A DNA stretch of 64,000 nucleotides from Octopus vulgaris (taxonomy: Eukaryota), in assembly GCA_951406725.2 (NCBI GenBank), contig OX597818.1, positions 119,474,001 to 119,538,000 on the forward strand, read 5' to 3'. The number at the start of each line of letters is the position of its first letter. The first letter of the stretch is position 1. Shown piece by piece: positions 1 to 11,694 of the stretch. The notes under the pieces were generated by a model. That model was not told the DNA's origin. It did not search any database and saw only the letters and a program-made list of their open reading frames with translations. The translations under genes and the position numbers were made by a program.

Positions 1-499
1 TTTATGTTTGAAAGAGCAAAATTTTCTCTAACATATCCTGATTGATTTATTGAATCATGAGATAAAAATCATTAAATTATATGAAGAGAATCGGAAAGAT
101 ATTTTTTTTCATGCAGTGACTGAAAACACTGACTTAGCAGAATGTTAATCGACCGGTTCGCTGAAGTGAAGAAAAAAACTAGCCATTATTATTTCTGTGT
201 ATTTAATAATACTGCTGAAACTTCTGGCAGGCGATCTCGATTCGCAATGCATGTCTTGTTAATGTAGTTTCCTGGATGCTGGAGCGAGGCGATATGGGAA
301 ATTACGTTTTGAATGTGCGGAGTTAGAAAGAAAGAGAGTAATTAATAAACAGGAATTTACCCAAAAAGTTAGTGGATTATGTGCAGGTTAAGATAGTGAA
401 ATTAAAAGAGAGATGCATTTGGCTTAAGCAGGTCGTACTCGACTAGAAATTAAAATAGAAGAGTAGATTGTATTAGCAGCGGAAAGGAACGCTATATAT

Positions 500-706
500 A
501 CTCTTTTACTCTTTACTCTTTTACTTGTTTCAGTCATTTGACTGCGGCCTTTAGTCGAGCAAATGGACCCCGGGACTTATTCTTTGTAAGCCTAGTACTT
601 ATGCTATCGGTCTCTTTTGTCGAACCGCTAAGTGACGGGGACGTAAACACGCCAGCATCGGTTGTCAAGCAATGCTAGGGGGACAAACACAGACACACAA
701 ACATAT

Positions 707-739
<33 letters not shown>

Positions 740-909
740 CATATATACGACAGGCTTCTTTCAGTTTCCGTCTGCCAAATCCACTCACAAGGCATTGGTC
801 GGCCCGGGGCTATAGCAGAAGATACTTGCCCAAGATGCCACGCAGTGGGACTGAACCCGGAACCATGTGGTTGGTAAGCAAGCACTCTTACCACAGAGCC
901 ACTCCTGCG

Positions 910-911
<2 letters not shown>
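500..911 (-). mobile_element. tRNA-derived SINE, family A (internal TA/CA microsatellite), full length
   Basis: Reverse complement starts ggcgcaggagtggctctgtggtaag (A box) ... gggttcagtccc (B box) ... cttgggcaagt. Internal (TA)n/(TG)n, tail gactgaaacaagtaaaagag. More than 12 homologous copies in the window. Confidence 0.9.
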
Positions 912-956
<45 letters not shown>

Positions 957-986
957 GTGTGTGTGTGTGTGTGTCTATCTGTATAC

Positions 987-1045
<59 letters not shown>

Positions 1046-1058
1046 CATATATATATAT

Positions 1059-1203
1059 ACTCTCTTACTTGTTTCAGTCATCTCACTGCGGCCATGTCGA
1101 GCAAATCGACCCCAGGACTTATTCTTTGTAAGCCTAGTACTTATTCTAAACATACCACCATCGGTTGTCAGGCGATGTTGGGGGACAAACAGAGACACAA
1201 ACA
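1059..1203 (-). mobile_element. SINE family A 3' half with internal deletion
   Basis: Homologous to 500-700; ends in a long (TA)n array. Confidence 0.8.
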
Positions 1204-1207
1204 TATA

Positions 1208-1847
<640 letters not shown>

Positions 1848-2756
1848 TGTATGTATGTATGTATGTATGTATGTATGTATGTATGTATGTGTGTTTGTAT
1901 GTATGTATGTATGTATGTACGTATGTATGTATGTATGTATGTATAATGTGAGAACGTATAGCGTGAAACCGTATGAGTTTTTCAAGCAACAGTATAAAAT
2001 GTATTGCATTTTTAGTATGTATTTGTATAAAATTCTGAATTTAACATTTTGAAATAGAGAATCACTACAATGATCTCTGAATTTCGAAATGTATATAATA
2101 TTTATTTTGTTGAAGATGTCTCTCCACTTGGCAATCCTCTATACGATCTATAATACGTATTCCGATCCCGTCGTTGAGCTAAATTATCGTGATTAAATTA
2201 TTCATTCTATGGAGGAAACGGGCAAAGTTTGGCTGCCAGAATTACTTCTGGAAATGTCGCTTGAATATGTTTTATCAGTAAAACTATCAGGAATATCCGT
2301 CGCCATATTTAATAGCTTTAAATTCCTTTTACTTGCATTCATAATTCTATGCTTCAGAAGATCTTTCACTACTTACATCATCAATACATCTTTCAGATTT
2401 CAGAACTACTATTTAATGTTGAAATGCTTCTCGGTATTTCGCTACCACCTTCTACCAATGTGATAAACCAAAGTGAAACCTCTATGATAAAAAATGTTCA
2501 CGCAAGAAGTTTGCATACTTCTACGACCATTGTTACAACGCGAAAACTTCAGTTACTACAATAGCCCCACAAAATCTCCTATTAATAATATAAATATCTA
2601 AGACGACATTGCTAAGTATCCGTTGTTCATAGATATGTATGACATTTTTGTTCACAGATTTAAAGTGAATAAAGCTCAGTATACGATTCAAATGAACCAC
2701 ACAAAAATAAAATAGAAACTTAAACTCGATGCAGAAATTAACTATTGTAGAACTCG

Positions 2757-3155
2757 CTCTTTACTCTCTTACTCTTTTACTTGTTTCAGTCATGCTCGAG
2801 CACCGTCTTTAGTCGAGAAAATCGACCCCATGACTTGTTCTTTGTAAGCATAGTACTTATTCTATCGGTCTCTTTTGCCGAACCGCTAAGTTACGGGGTC
2901 GTAAACACACCAGCATCGGTTGTCAAGCGATGTGGGGGGGGGCAAACACAGACACACAAACACACACACATATACATATATATATATATATACGACGGGC
3001 TTCTTTCAGTTTCCGTCTACCAAATCCACTCACAAGGCTTTGGTCTGCCCGAGGCTATAGTAGAAGACACTTGCCCAGGGTGCCACGCGGTAGGACTGAA
3101 CCCAGAACCATGTGGTTGGTAAGCAAGCTACTTACCACACAGCCACTCCTGCGCC
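2757..3155 (-). mobile_element. SINE family A, full length
   Basis: Highly similar to 500-911. Confidence 0.9.
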
Positions 3156-4234
3156 TATCTATCCATTGTTGTTATTTTGTCAGAAATTAAATTATACTTG
3201 AAGTAGAAAACGTTCATACTTCCTTGATAATTTATTTCACTTTTCTCAAAAACGCAACTTGTGATTTAACGCTAAATTTAGACATCAACCCATCATTATA
3301 TTGGAAGTTGTGTCCCCAGGAACGAACCTCTAGAATCCGAAATCAGCTTGAAGAATGAGACAGCTTCAATTACGTTTGAAACACTGGAGAAACGAATTTA
3401 ATCAAACATAGATTTGAAATTGTCCGCCAAGTTTCACGTGTATGATACGTGCATCATGAAATACCTGATGTATTAATAAGAGACATTAACCACATATAGA
3501 TGACATATCGCAATACGTGAGAGATCTAAGAAGTGTCTATGGTAGTTATTAAACATCATTTGGAAATTTTTTACATGTAACAACATAAGTTCTGCTTCAG
3601 TATGGATGCTCGCCTCATCAAGTACCATATGTAATGAGTTGGTTATTTCAATGCAGCAAATAATTTGCAGGTCCGGAGTAGATAACTTTGTAGAGAATTC
3701 ATTTTCAGTAAGCATTTTCCAACACGAACTAAAACCGAGTTTTCTTGAGGTCACAAACGGACAACCATAACTGAATGAACAACAACACGGTTCATGTGAA
3801 AATCTCACAAGGGCCACAATGCCATTATGTCACTTTGAACTGAAGTTTGAAAAATACGAATTGCCCGTCAAATAGGGAAATGCAATATTCATAAAATGCA
3901 GGAGAGATTGCCCAGAGATAATCTGGTCAGCAGAGTCAGTGATCAACATTATATTTTGAAAATCCAGACCTGTCAAACATGAAGCATCACATGCAGGAGT
4001 GACATCACGAGGTCCTTATATGCATATAACAACAACGGAACACTACTGTCTTTATGGGTAAAGGTCTGATTATTTGCTAGAGTGAAAATCTATTTTGGGC
4101 GAAAGTATACTGAGTTATGCGCAGCATTTCTTAAAAAGAAAATATTTTTAAAAATCACAATTCGAACGATTTGTAAAAATATTATCGAAACACTGCGCTG
4201 TCGAAATCGCTAGATTGGAATTCGAGTGAAAACA

Positions 4235-4277
<43 letters not shown>

Positions 4278-4474
4278 CACACACACATACACGCACACAC
4301 ATACACACACACATACATACACACACACACATACATATATATGTACAAGAACACAGGTTGACCCACATACGTGCAAGTGCATGTAGTGTGTGGTGTAGGA
4401 TTTTGTGTGTGCATGTATGTGTGTAGTGTATATTTGTATGTGTGTGTGTGTGTGTGTGTGTCTGTGTGTGTGTC

Positions 4475-4507
<33 letters not shown>

Positions 4508-4988
4508 CTGTGTGTGTGTATACGTGTCTGTGTATGCGAATTGTATGAATAAATATGAAACTACGAACTAATTTGTAACTGAATTTGACGGTTAGCATTC
4601 TCGGTGAATTAATGCTTCGATTATGCGAAATGCTATTAACCTTGTGAAGAGCCAGTGCGGATACTCGCTACATAAATCCAAGAAAGTTTCTTCATCTGTC
4701 TAGACTTCACTTAAATTTATAATTATTTAAAAGGTATAAATTACATTTTACATTATCCAGAAAGCACTGCGTGGTCCACTATCAATCAATTTATATTTCT
4801 TAAATATGCAGAGTCATGTAAATTTATCAGGCATGTTTAGCTTTTAGATTGTATATACTATAACTAATAACGAGCTATGGATTTTACTGCATATGTAAAC
4901 AGAAATAACTTAAATATTAGGAGATGAGAGCTACATGTAGCGGCTAAAAGAAGATGGACTATCCTCTTCATATATATATATATATATA

Positions 4989-5348
4989 GTTGAAATTTAC
5001 AGAAAAACAAAGGACAAAAACGGGTGTATAAACAACAAGCAGGTGTATTAGTTTGACGCTAGGGAAAGTGAGAAAGTATTTTGCGTTTCGAATCTACTCT
5101 CTTCAACAGAAAGGAACACGAAGAAATAAACGGAATGAGAATAAAAAGAAAACTTGTGGATTTAGCGATGAATCACATATAAGAACAGTAATAAACGAGT
5201 GAAGAAAAAATATATAGTGTGTGTGTTTATTTGTCAAAAATAAATGACCGTCCCGAAATACAACGATATATATTTTTTGTTCCCAACCAGCCGCCATGAT
5301 TGACCGCTAAATCCACGAGATTTGTTATTCTCTCTGTTTTTCTGTAAC

Positions 5349-5353
<5 letters not shown>
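4989..5353 (-). mobile_element. Short Penelope-type terminal element with inverted ends, in (TA)n
   Basis: tgaaatttacagaaaaacaaag (4991) is inverted to ctctgtttttctgtaactttca (ending 5353). Homologous to 8759-8908. Both flanks are (TA)n. Confidence 0.6.
5079..5112 (-). ncRNA. Degenerate hammerhead-like motif (same family as 8850-8883)
   Basis: Reverse complement: ttt-CTGTTGA-A-gaga(gtag)attc-GAAA-cg-CA-aaa. Helix II and the cleavage triplet are mutated. Confidence 0.4.
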
Positions 5354-5384
<31 letters not shown>

Positions 5385-5430
5385 AAACAAGTCAAAAATA
5401 GAAAATGCTAAAATAATTTTATAGTGAACA

Positions 5431-5474
5431 TTTCAGTACCGGTTTCGGTCATTTTGAGACCTTTTCAACTGTAA
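5431..5474 (-). ncRNA. Minimal type-I hammerhead ribozyme, U3-A8 variant
   Basis: Reverse complement: cag-TTGAAAA-ggtc(tcaaaat)gacc-GAAA-ccgg-TA-ctg. Helix I cag/ctg, 4-bp helix II, palindromic helix III ACCGGU, GUA cleavage triplet. Confidence 0.8.
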
Positions 5475-5837
5475 CGATTAAATAATTAAATTTAGAAAAA
5501 TTAGAAGAAAAAGTTTTTTTTTAAAGAATATTTCTATAGTAGTGTTCAGATTTAAGTGGCATTCTGCCTTTCTCTGACTCCCTTGTTTGCACTTGTGTGT
5601 TCAAGGTAGTTGTGAGTTCTTGGTAGGGTAGTAGAGGAAGAAGGCTGGTGAGGAAAGGGGGGTGGGAGAATCTGGGAGTGCCCTGATGGTCGTATTTTGA
5701 ATGGTCAGTGGCGGCTGGCAGTCTCAGTTCAATTCAGGAGAATATTTATATTGACAGGCTTGTTTATAGAATTAGCGTAGGTGTTATACTAAAAAACATT
5801 AGTGACAAAGTTAAGGGGTAGGGGGTGGAGAAGTAGA

Positions 5838-6120
5838 AGAGAAGAAGAAGAAGAAGAAGAAGAAGAAGAAGAAGAAGAAGAAGAAGAAGAAGAAGAAGGA
5901 GAAGGAGAAGATGACGATGATGGTGATGGTGGTGATGATTATGACGACGATGATGATGATAACGATGATGATGATGAAGAAGAAGAAGAAGAAGAAGAAG
6001 AAGAAGAAGAAGAAGGAGGAGAAGGAGAAGATGGTGGTGATGATGGTGGTGATGATGATGACGACGATGATGATGATAATGATGATGATGAAGAAGAAGA
6101 GGAAGAAGAAGAAGAAGAAA
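5838..6120. repeat. Compound (GAA)n/(GAT)n microsatellite, duplicated block, inside PLE 3' region
   Basis: Two successive [GAA run - GGAGAAGGAGAAGAT - GAT/GGT run] blocks. Confidence 0.9.
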
Positions 6121-6249
6121 AAAACAGAGAAGGGGGAATATGAATGGGTGTAAGTATAGCTATGAAGGGGCTGATTAGTAATGGATTCTATGGAGTGTAG
6201 TATTTGTGTGTGTATATATATTTTTCTTTTATTCTAAAGTTGAGGTATA

Positions 6250-6776
6250 TTAATTGTTTGTCGTAGACCCGTTAAGAAGTGGCTTGTATTTTGTAATAAA
6301 TATATTTTCTTTACTTATTCGTTGTCTCGAGGTTGTATCGTCCCTAAATTGGTAGAGGGGGAAATTCTGAAGTTTGGTGTTTTTTTGTTGGCGCAAGTAT
6401 CTATGTGTTGGCTAAAAGCTATTTTTCTGTTTTGGGGAATTTTTATCTGGGATCTGTGCAGGGCCATTCGTTTACGCAAACCATTTTTTGTTTGGCCTAT
6501 GTACTGCTCTTGACACCCGGAGCAGGTTAGTGAGTATATTAGGTTCTCCGAAGCACATGTGAAGTTGCTTTTCACTGTAAACCGTTGTCCCTGTTTGAAG
6601 GAGAACTCTGAGCCCTCAATTAGATAGTCGCATATCCCGCAATTGGGTCTTCCACATTTTTTTACTGTCGGCTTCTGTGTTGAGGAGTGAATTCGGGCTT
6701 GTGTAAGGAGACTTTTCATGGATCTAGGCTGTCTTTTGCTTTTTATGATCGTGTGTGTTTGGAGGATTGTGTTCAT
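6250..6776 (-). pseudogene. PLE Cys-rich linker and GIY-YIG endonuclease (frameshifted)
   Basis: KCGRPNCGIC...NLIYSLTCSGCQEQYIGQT...RMALH. A one-base frame correction near 6357-6361 continues YQFRDDTTSRQRISKENIFITKYKPLLNGSTTNN*, a typical GIY-YIG C-terminus. Confidence 0.85.
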
Positions 6777-8602
6777 TCTGTGGTCTTTTTTAGGAGGGGT
6801 ATGTTGTGGAGGATGGTGTCGAAGGCTTCGTTATTGAGAGGGTTGTGTGTGGAGATGTATGGTAAGGCTTTTGGTTGTAAGTTTTTCTTTGATTTGGGAT
6901 GTCTCAGTTCCTTGATGTTAAGTTGAAGGGCACGTTGAATGCACTTGTCAATAAGTGAAGGTGGATAGTTCCTGGTGATTAGGGTATCTTTTAGTTCTTG
7001 TAGTCGTGTGTCTCTGGTGTTTGCGTTAGAGACTATAGTGCATATCCTTTTTGCTAGATTGAAGGGGATATTCATCCTGGTGTGTCTGGGGTGGCATGAA
7101 TTGAATGGAAGATATTGCTTAGAGTCTGTAGGCTTATAGTATATGTCTGTTTCTATTATATTATTAGCTTTCTTAATGAGGATATCGAGGAAGGGGAGTT
7201 GTTGTTGGCTATATTCCATCGTGAATTGGATGTTTACGTCCAGTCCGTTTAAAATTTTCTGGAATTCTATGAGTTTTTCTATATTTTTATGCCAAAGGAT
7301 GAAACAGTCATCTAGATATCTCTTCCAGTTGTTTTCTATGTAGATGGAGAAAGGGCTGCCATATCTTTCTAGAACCTTACGATACAGACTGATCTCTAGG
7401 TATCCTATGACTAGGTTGGCAAAGGAGGGGGCCATTCGTGTACCCATCGCAGTCCCCGATTTTTGTCGGTAGAAGTTGTCATTGAAGGCGAAGAAGTTAT
7501 TTTCCAGGATGAATTTAACCCCTTCTATCACAAATTCTTTTTTGATGCGGTGTGGTAGTTCGTTGGCGTGATTCTCTAGCCAGAATTGGATTGCCTCTAG
7601 TCCTAGGTTGTGGGGGATATTGGAGTAGAAGTTGACTACATCGAAGGATACCAGTATGGTGTTTTTGTTTATAGTATTCGGTAGGTGATTGAGCATATCT
7701 AAGTCGTCCCTTATATAGCTTTTGACATGTTTGAGGAGTGGTTTTAACAGGGTGTCTAAAAAGTTACTGAGGCGGTGGGTTTCGCATGCGGGACCTGCTA
7801 TTATGGGTCTCAATTTGAGGTCATTAGGATTAGGGACTTTAATTATTTTGTCTGTAGCTATCTTGCATGCGTTGCTTATTTTTTCACTTTTGTGGATCTT
7901 AGGTATACCGTAGAATTGGCTAGTTTTACTTGTGAAATTGGTCATATAATCATATTCTTTGTCGGTGAGCCCTGCTTTGTATGGGTTTAATATGGATTTT
8001 AGTTCCCTCATTATTTTTTGTTGACTGTAGTTTTGTGCTTTTTCATAGTATGTTGTGTCTTCCAGCATAGAAAGTACCAAAGTTATGTAAAATGTCGTAT
8101 CCATTAAGACAACAGCACTCCCTTTATCGGCCTCTTTGATTGTTATTGTTTTATCTAGTTTTAATTTGTTCAACTCAGCCCATTCTTTTTTGCTGAAGTT
8201 TGGTTTGTGTTTTTGTTTGTGCATATGTTGATATGGGTAATTTGATATGTGGTCACAGAAATCATCAAGTGTTTTATTCTTACCTTTCGAGGGGGTGTAG
8301 TTACTCCTATTTCTGGCTAATGATTCGTCCTCGTTGTATTTATCGTATAGCTCCTCAGTAAGTCTTAATTTTCTGCAGAATTCTGCGATGTCTTCTTTCA
8401 TTTCATTGTAGTTGGGGTGTTGTGGGGTGGGTGTAAACTTGAGTCCTTTGGAAAGTATGTTTATTTGGTTTGCTGTTAGTTCCTTGTGAGTTAGATTAAT
8501 AATTTTTATTACTTTTGGTTCCTCCTGCTTGTTTGGTGCTATCTTGTGTCTCTGTGTTTGCGTATTGGGTCTAAAAAATGAATGCGGTGGTTGGGACGGT
8601 AG
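6773..8602 (-). CDS. Penelope-like reverse transcriptase (frame open from 8602; first ATG at 8401)
   Basis: Motifs IINLT...LSKGLKFTPTP, ADKGSAVV, YGIPKIHK, LRPII, SFDVVNFYSNIP, GTAMGTRMAPSFANL, RYLDD, LPFLDI, YYKPT, SCHP. Confidence 0.93.
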   Translation of the reverse strand, partial: LPSQPPHSFFRPNTQTQRHKIAPNKQEEPKVIKIINLTHKELTANQINILSKGLKFTPTPQHPNYNEMKEDIAEFCRKLRLTEELYDKYNEDESLARNRSNYTPSKGKNKTLDDFCDHISNYPYQHMHKQKHKPNFSKKEWAELNKLKLDKTITIKEADKGSAVVLMDTTFYITLVLSMLEDTTYYEKAQNYSQQKIMRELKSILNPYKAGLTDKEYDYMTNFTSKTSQFYGIPKIHKSEKISNACKIATDKIIKVPNPNDLKLRPIIAGPACETHRLSNFLDTLLKPLLKHVKSYIRDDLDMLNHLPNTINKNTILVSFDVVNFYSNIPHNLGLEAIQFWLENHANELPHRIKKEFVIEGVKFILENNFFAFNDNFYRQKSGTAMGTRMAPSFANLVIGYLEISLYRKVLERYGSPFSIYIENNWKRYLDDCFILWHKNIEKLIEFQKILNGLDVNIQFTMEYSQQQLPFLDILIKKANNIIETDIYYKPTDSKQYLPFNSCHPRHTRMNIPFNLAKRICTIVSNANTRDTRLQELKDTLITRNYPPSLIDKCIQRALQLNIKELRHPKSKKNLQPKALPYISTHNPLNNEAFDTILHNIPLLKKTTE

Positions 8603-8758
8603 CTAGTATATAGTTGTTCTTTGTTGATTAGGGGTCTCCTGTTGTGATTTATGGTGTGTGTTCTTGGAGCAGTATTGAGGAGAGCATCCCTATATCCCAT
8701 ATTCGGGTGTGGTGTTCTAGGAGTGTGGTGTTCTATATATATATATATATATATATAT

Positions 8759-8905
8759 AGGGAGAGTTTACGAAAAAAACAAAATCGAAGACAGGTGGTG
8801 TACAAAACAAACAGATGTATTAGTATAACGCTCAGGAATAGAAAAAGTAATTTACGTTTCGAGCCTACGCTCTTCTACAGAAAGGGACACAGAAAACAAG
8901 GAGAG

Positions 8906-8908
<3 letters not shown>
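8759..8908 (-). mobile_element. ~150-bp Penelope-type terminal repeat between two (TA)n arrays
   Basis: Homologous to 4989-5150 and, on the plus strand, to ~14295-14455. Carries a hammerhead-like motif. Confidence 0.65.
8850..8883 (-). ncRNA. Hammerhead-like motif, atypical core (U at position 6, extra A before helix II)
   Basis: Reverse complement: ttt-CTGTAGA-A-gagc(gtag)gctc-GAAA-cg-TA-aat. Helix III is the palindrome ACGU. Confidence 0.55.
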
Positions 8909-8941
<33 letters not shown>

Positions 8942-9197
8942 AGAAAAAAGTGATCAGAATTTTCGAAAAAAGATTTTTATGTCTTCATTATTAATAAGCG
9001 CTTTCGTTCTTTTCTCGAACTTGTCAAATATAATTTTGTGAATGTACAAACAGCTTATTTATTTATATAAAACAAATGTTGTTTTTTTTTTGGGGGGGGG
9101 GTTAGAAGAGACCGTTGTTTTTGTTTTTGGTGGGAGGTTCCATTGAAAATGGAGATGGATAGATAGAAATGATCGCCGTCCGACTATAGTAGAAAGG

Positions 9198-9230
<33 letters not shown>

Positions 9231-9784
9231 GAGTGGGAGAGCAGTTCATGCCATCAAAGTGACACTGGGGTAAAATATACGAAGCCCAATATACCCATCA
9301 TGACTACCCGTCTGATAAAGGTACACCAGGCACATGCATCACAACCATATGTGCGCGACATGGTGATCTCATATCAAGATAAACAGCACATGACCTTGCA
9401 GGTGGGGCCCAGTTAGAATTTTCTTCAGGTTGAGTAGCCCATCCCGCTCAAACGGTCCCTGAATAAGGCTTGTTTAAGGATGTTGAAAGAACCACCCAAG
9501 TTTCCAGAGGTGAACTATTCAAACCCCAAAGAATCCTTCTCAACACATGGCTATGATGCTCCCCCACTACTTCTGCTCGTGATCAGAGATGCACATATCG
9601 TCAGCCACTAAGGGACATGCTCAACTGGTTATGGTCAAACAACTGACAAGCAAATCTGTGGTATTGAGCAGAATATTTGCTGTAGCCCATCTTTTATACC
9701 AAGACAAAACAATGTACATGATAACACTTCCAATCAGTTAAGATCAGAAGCCATGAGAGCCACTGCCTGGTACTGCATCAGGGC

Positions 9785-9786
<2 letters not shown>
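9231..9786. mobile_element. ~555-bp non-coding interspersed element inserted in (TTA)n
   Basis: Complex, more GC-rich block sharply bounded by (TTA)n on both sides (9198-9230, 9787-9918). No real ORF. Confidence 0.55.
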
Positions 9787-9863
<77 letters not shown>

Positions 9864-9871
9864 ATTATTAC

Positions 9872-9919
<48 letters not shown>

Positions 9920-11172
9920 GTCTCTCTTTGTATTGTACCGCTCATCCTTCGCCCTTGAGGCAAATAAATGAAATCATTATTATTATTAGTAATATTATTA
10001 ACACTAGTACTGGTGAAGAGTATGCTATAAAATACTTGACTTTTCAGGGATCTGGGTCGTCCATTAAATACTTCTTTTACCAGGAAAAAGCAGCCACTTG
10101 TGTCACCATCAGTACTCAAATCGTTACTAACACGTGCAAGTCAAAAGAACGTATAGCAACCATTAACTCATATTGTCATATGCCGCAATTTAATACTGCA
10201 AGGCATTTTATCTGCTGCTCTCAAGATTATACCAATCTAGCAACCTAGAAATATAATATGCGATCGTATTCAAAGAATTCTTTAACCTTTTAAAAAAAAT
10301 TAATTATGTCCATCTTGTCAATATAAATAAATGCAACGGGTCCTTGGTTGTTTCTGCAATTAGAACAATGAGCAAGAAATAATTGTATGTCTTAAAAAAG
10401 CATTTATTACAAAATTGGACGTTAATCAATCGTGACTAAATGAAGTTCACGTTCTAATTTAATTTTGCTACAAGGTTTTGTGTTTTCTGTATAAGGAACT
10501 TCCACAGCAGTACACTTTTCACTTCCAATTTTATTGAAAGCAATGTTTATTTTAGTTCAAATTTGCTTTCATTTCATGCTGCTTTTGTTGTTGTCGTTGA
10601 TATTGTTTTTGTTTAGCCCCGATCTTTACTGATCCTGTAACATACCTCCTTGATAATCGTCTGTTATATTAAAAGAGAATTGTATCCATAATTGCATTAT
10701 ACGATGTATACCACCTTTTTATGACAAAAGAGTGCGATATGAGAAACAGAGGACTGGTAATTATAGCAGCTGGTATGATTACACAGAGACATCTTCACTG
10801 CTTTTTCGTCTCTTGAAAAGCGAACAACCGTTCTCTTCACCAGTTATAATAAATTAAGGTTTCACATTGTTGCCATAACGTAACGTATATTCCTTCGTGT
10901 GAATTTCATGGACACATTTCCAGACACGTGCAATATGAGTGAACAGTTCTTGTCCTCATGTTATCGTGTATGACCACATTTTGTGCTAAAATTACTGTTT
11001 TATTGCCGATGTCATACAACTATATGTCTAGAGCTAAGCGCACCTTCTAGATACAGTAGCGATTCACCGGAAGAGGAATTTGATTTAGTGACCAGAGAAT
11101 CGAGATTGTTATTACTATTCTACACTTTCCAAGTCTCAACACTACAGAAGATGCGGAAGTGGGGATATTTCA

Positions 11173-11571
11173 CGTAGGAGTGACTGTGTGGTAAGTAGCT
11201 TGCTTACCAACTACATGGTTATGGGTTCAGTCCCACTGCATGGCACCTTGTGCAAGCGTCTTCTACTGTAGCCTCAGGCCGACCAAAGCCTTGTGAGTGG
11301 ATTTGGTAGACGGAAACTGAAAGAAGCCCGTCGTATATATAAATATATATACGTGCGTGTGTGTGTGTCTGTGTTTGTCGCCCCAACAGCACTTGACAAC
11401 CGATGCTGATGTGTTTACGTCCCCGTAACTTAGCGGCTCGGCAAAAGAAATCGATAGAATAAGTACTAGGCTTACAAAGAATAAGTCCTGGGATTGATTT
11501 CCTCGACTAAAGGCGGTGCTCCAGCATGGCCACAGTCAAAATGACTGAAACAACTAAAGAATAAAAGAATA
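11173..11571 (+). mobile_element. SINE family A, full length
   Basis: Matches family A in sense orientation. Confidence 0.9.
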
Positions 11572-11694
11572 GCCATCATGTTATGTTTTCGATGCTTGAA
11601 AATTGCAGCTGAATATTTTGGCCAGGTATTCCGTCACCCAGTCATCAGATAACCCAGTGATACGCGTATAAAGGCTCATTAAATTAAATATATT

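Larger units (their letters stand above)
5381..8733 (-). mobile_element. Penelope-like retroelement (Neptune-like architecture), 5'-truncated, flanked by (TA)n
   Basis: PLE-type RT, Cys-rich linker, C-terminal GIY-YIG endonuclease and a hammerhead in the 3' end. (TA)n at 5353-5380 and 8734-8758. Confidence 0.92.

Noticed and set aside
5802-6153. Poly-E/D acidic ORF
   Set aside because: Trinucleotide microsatellite antisense to the PLE 3' UTR; no evidence of exon structure.
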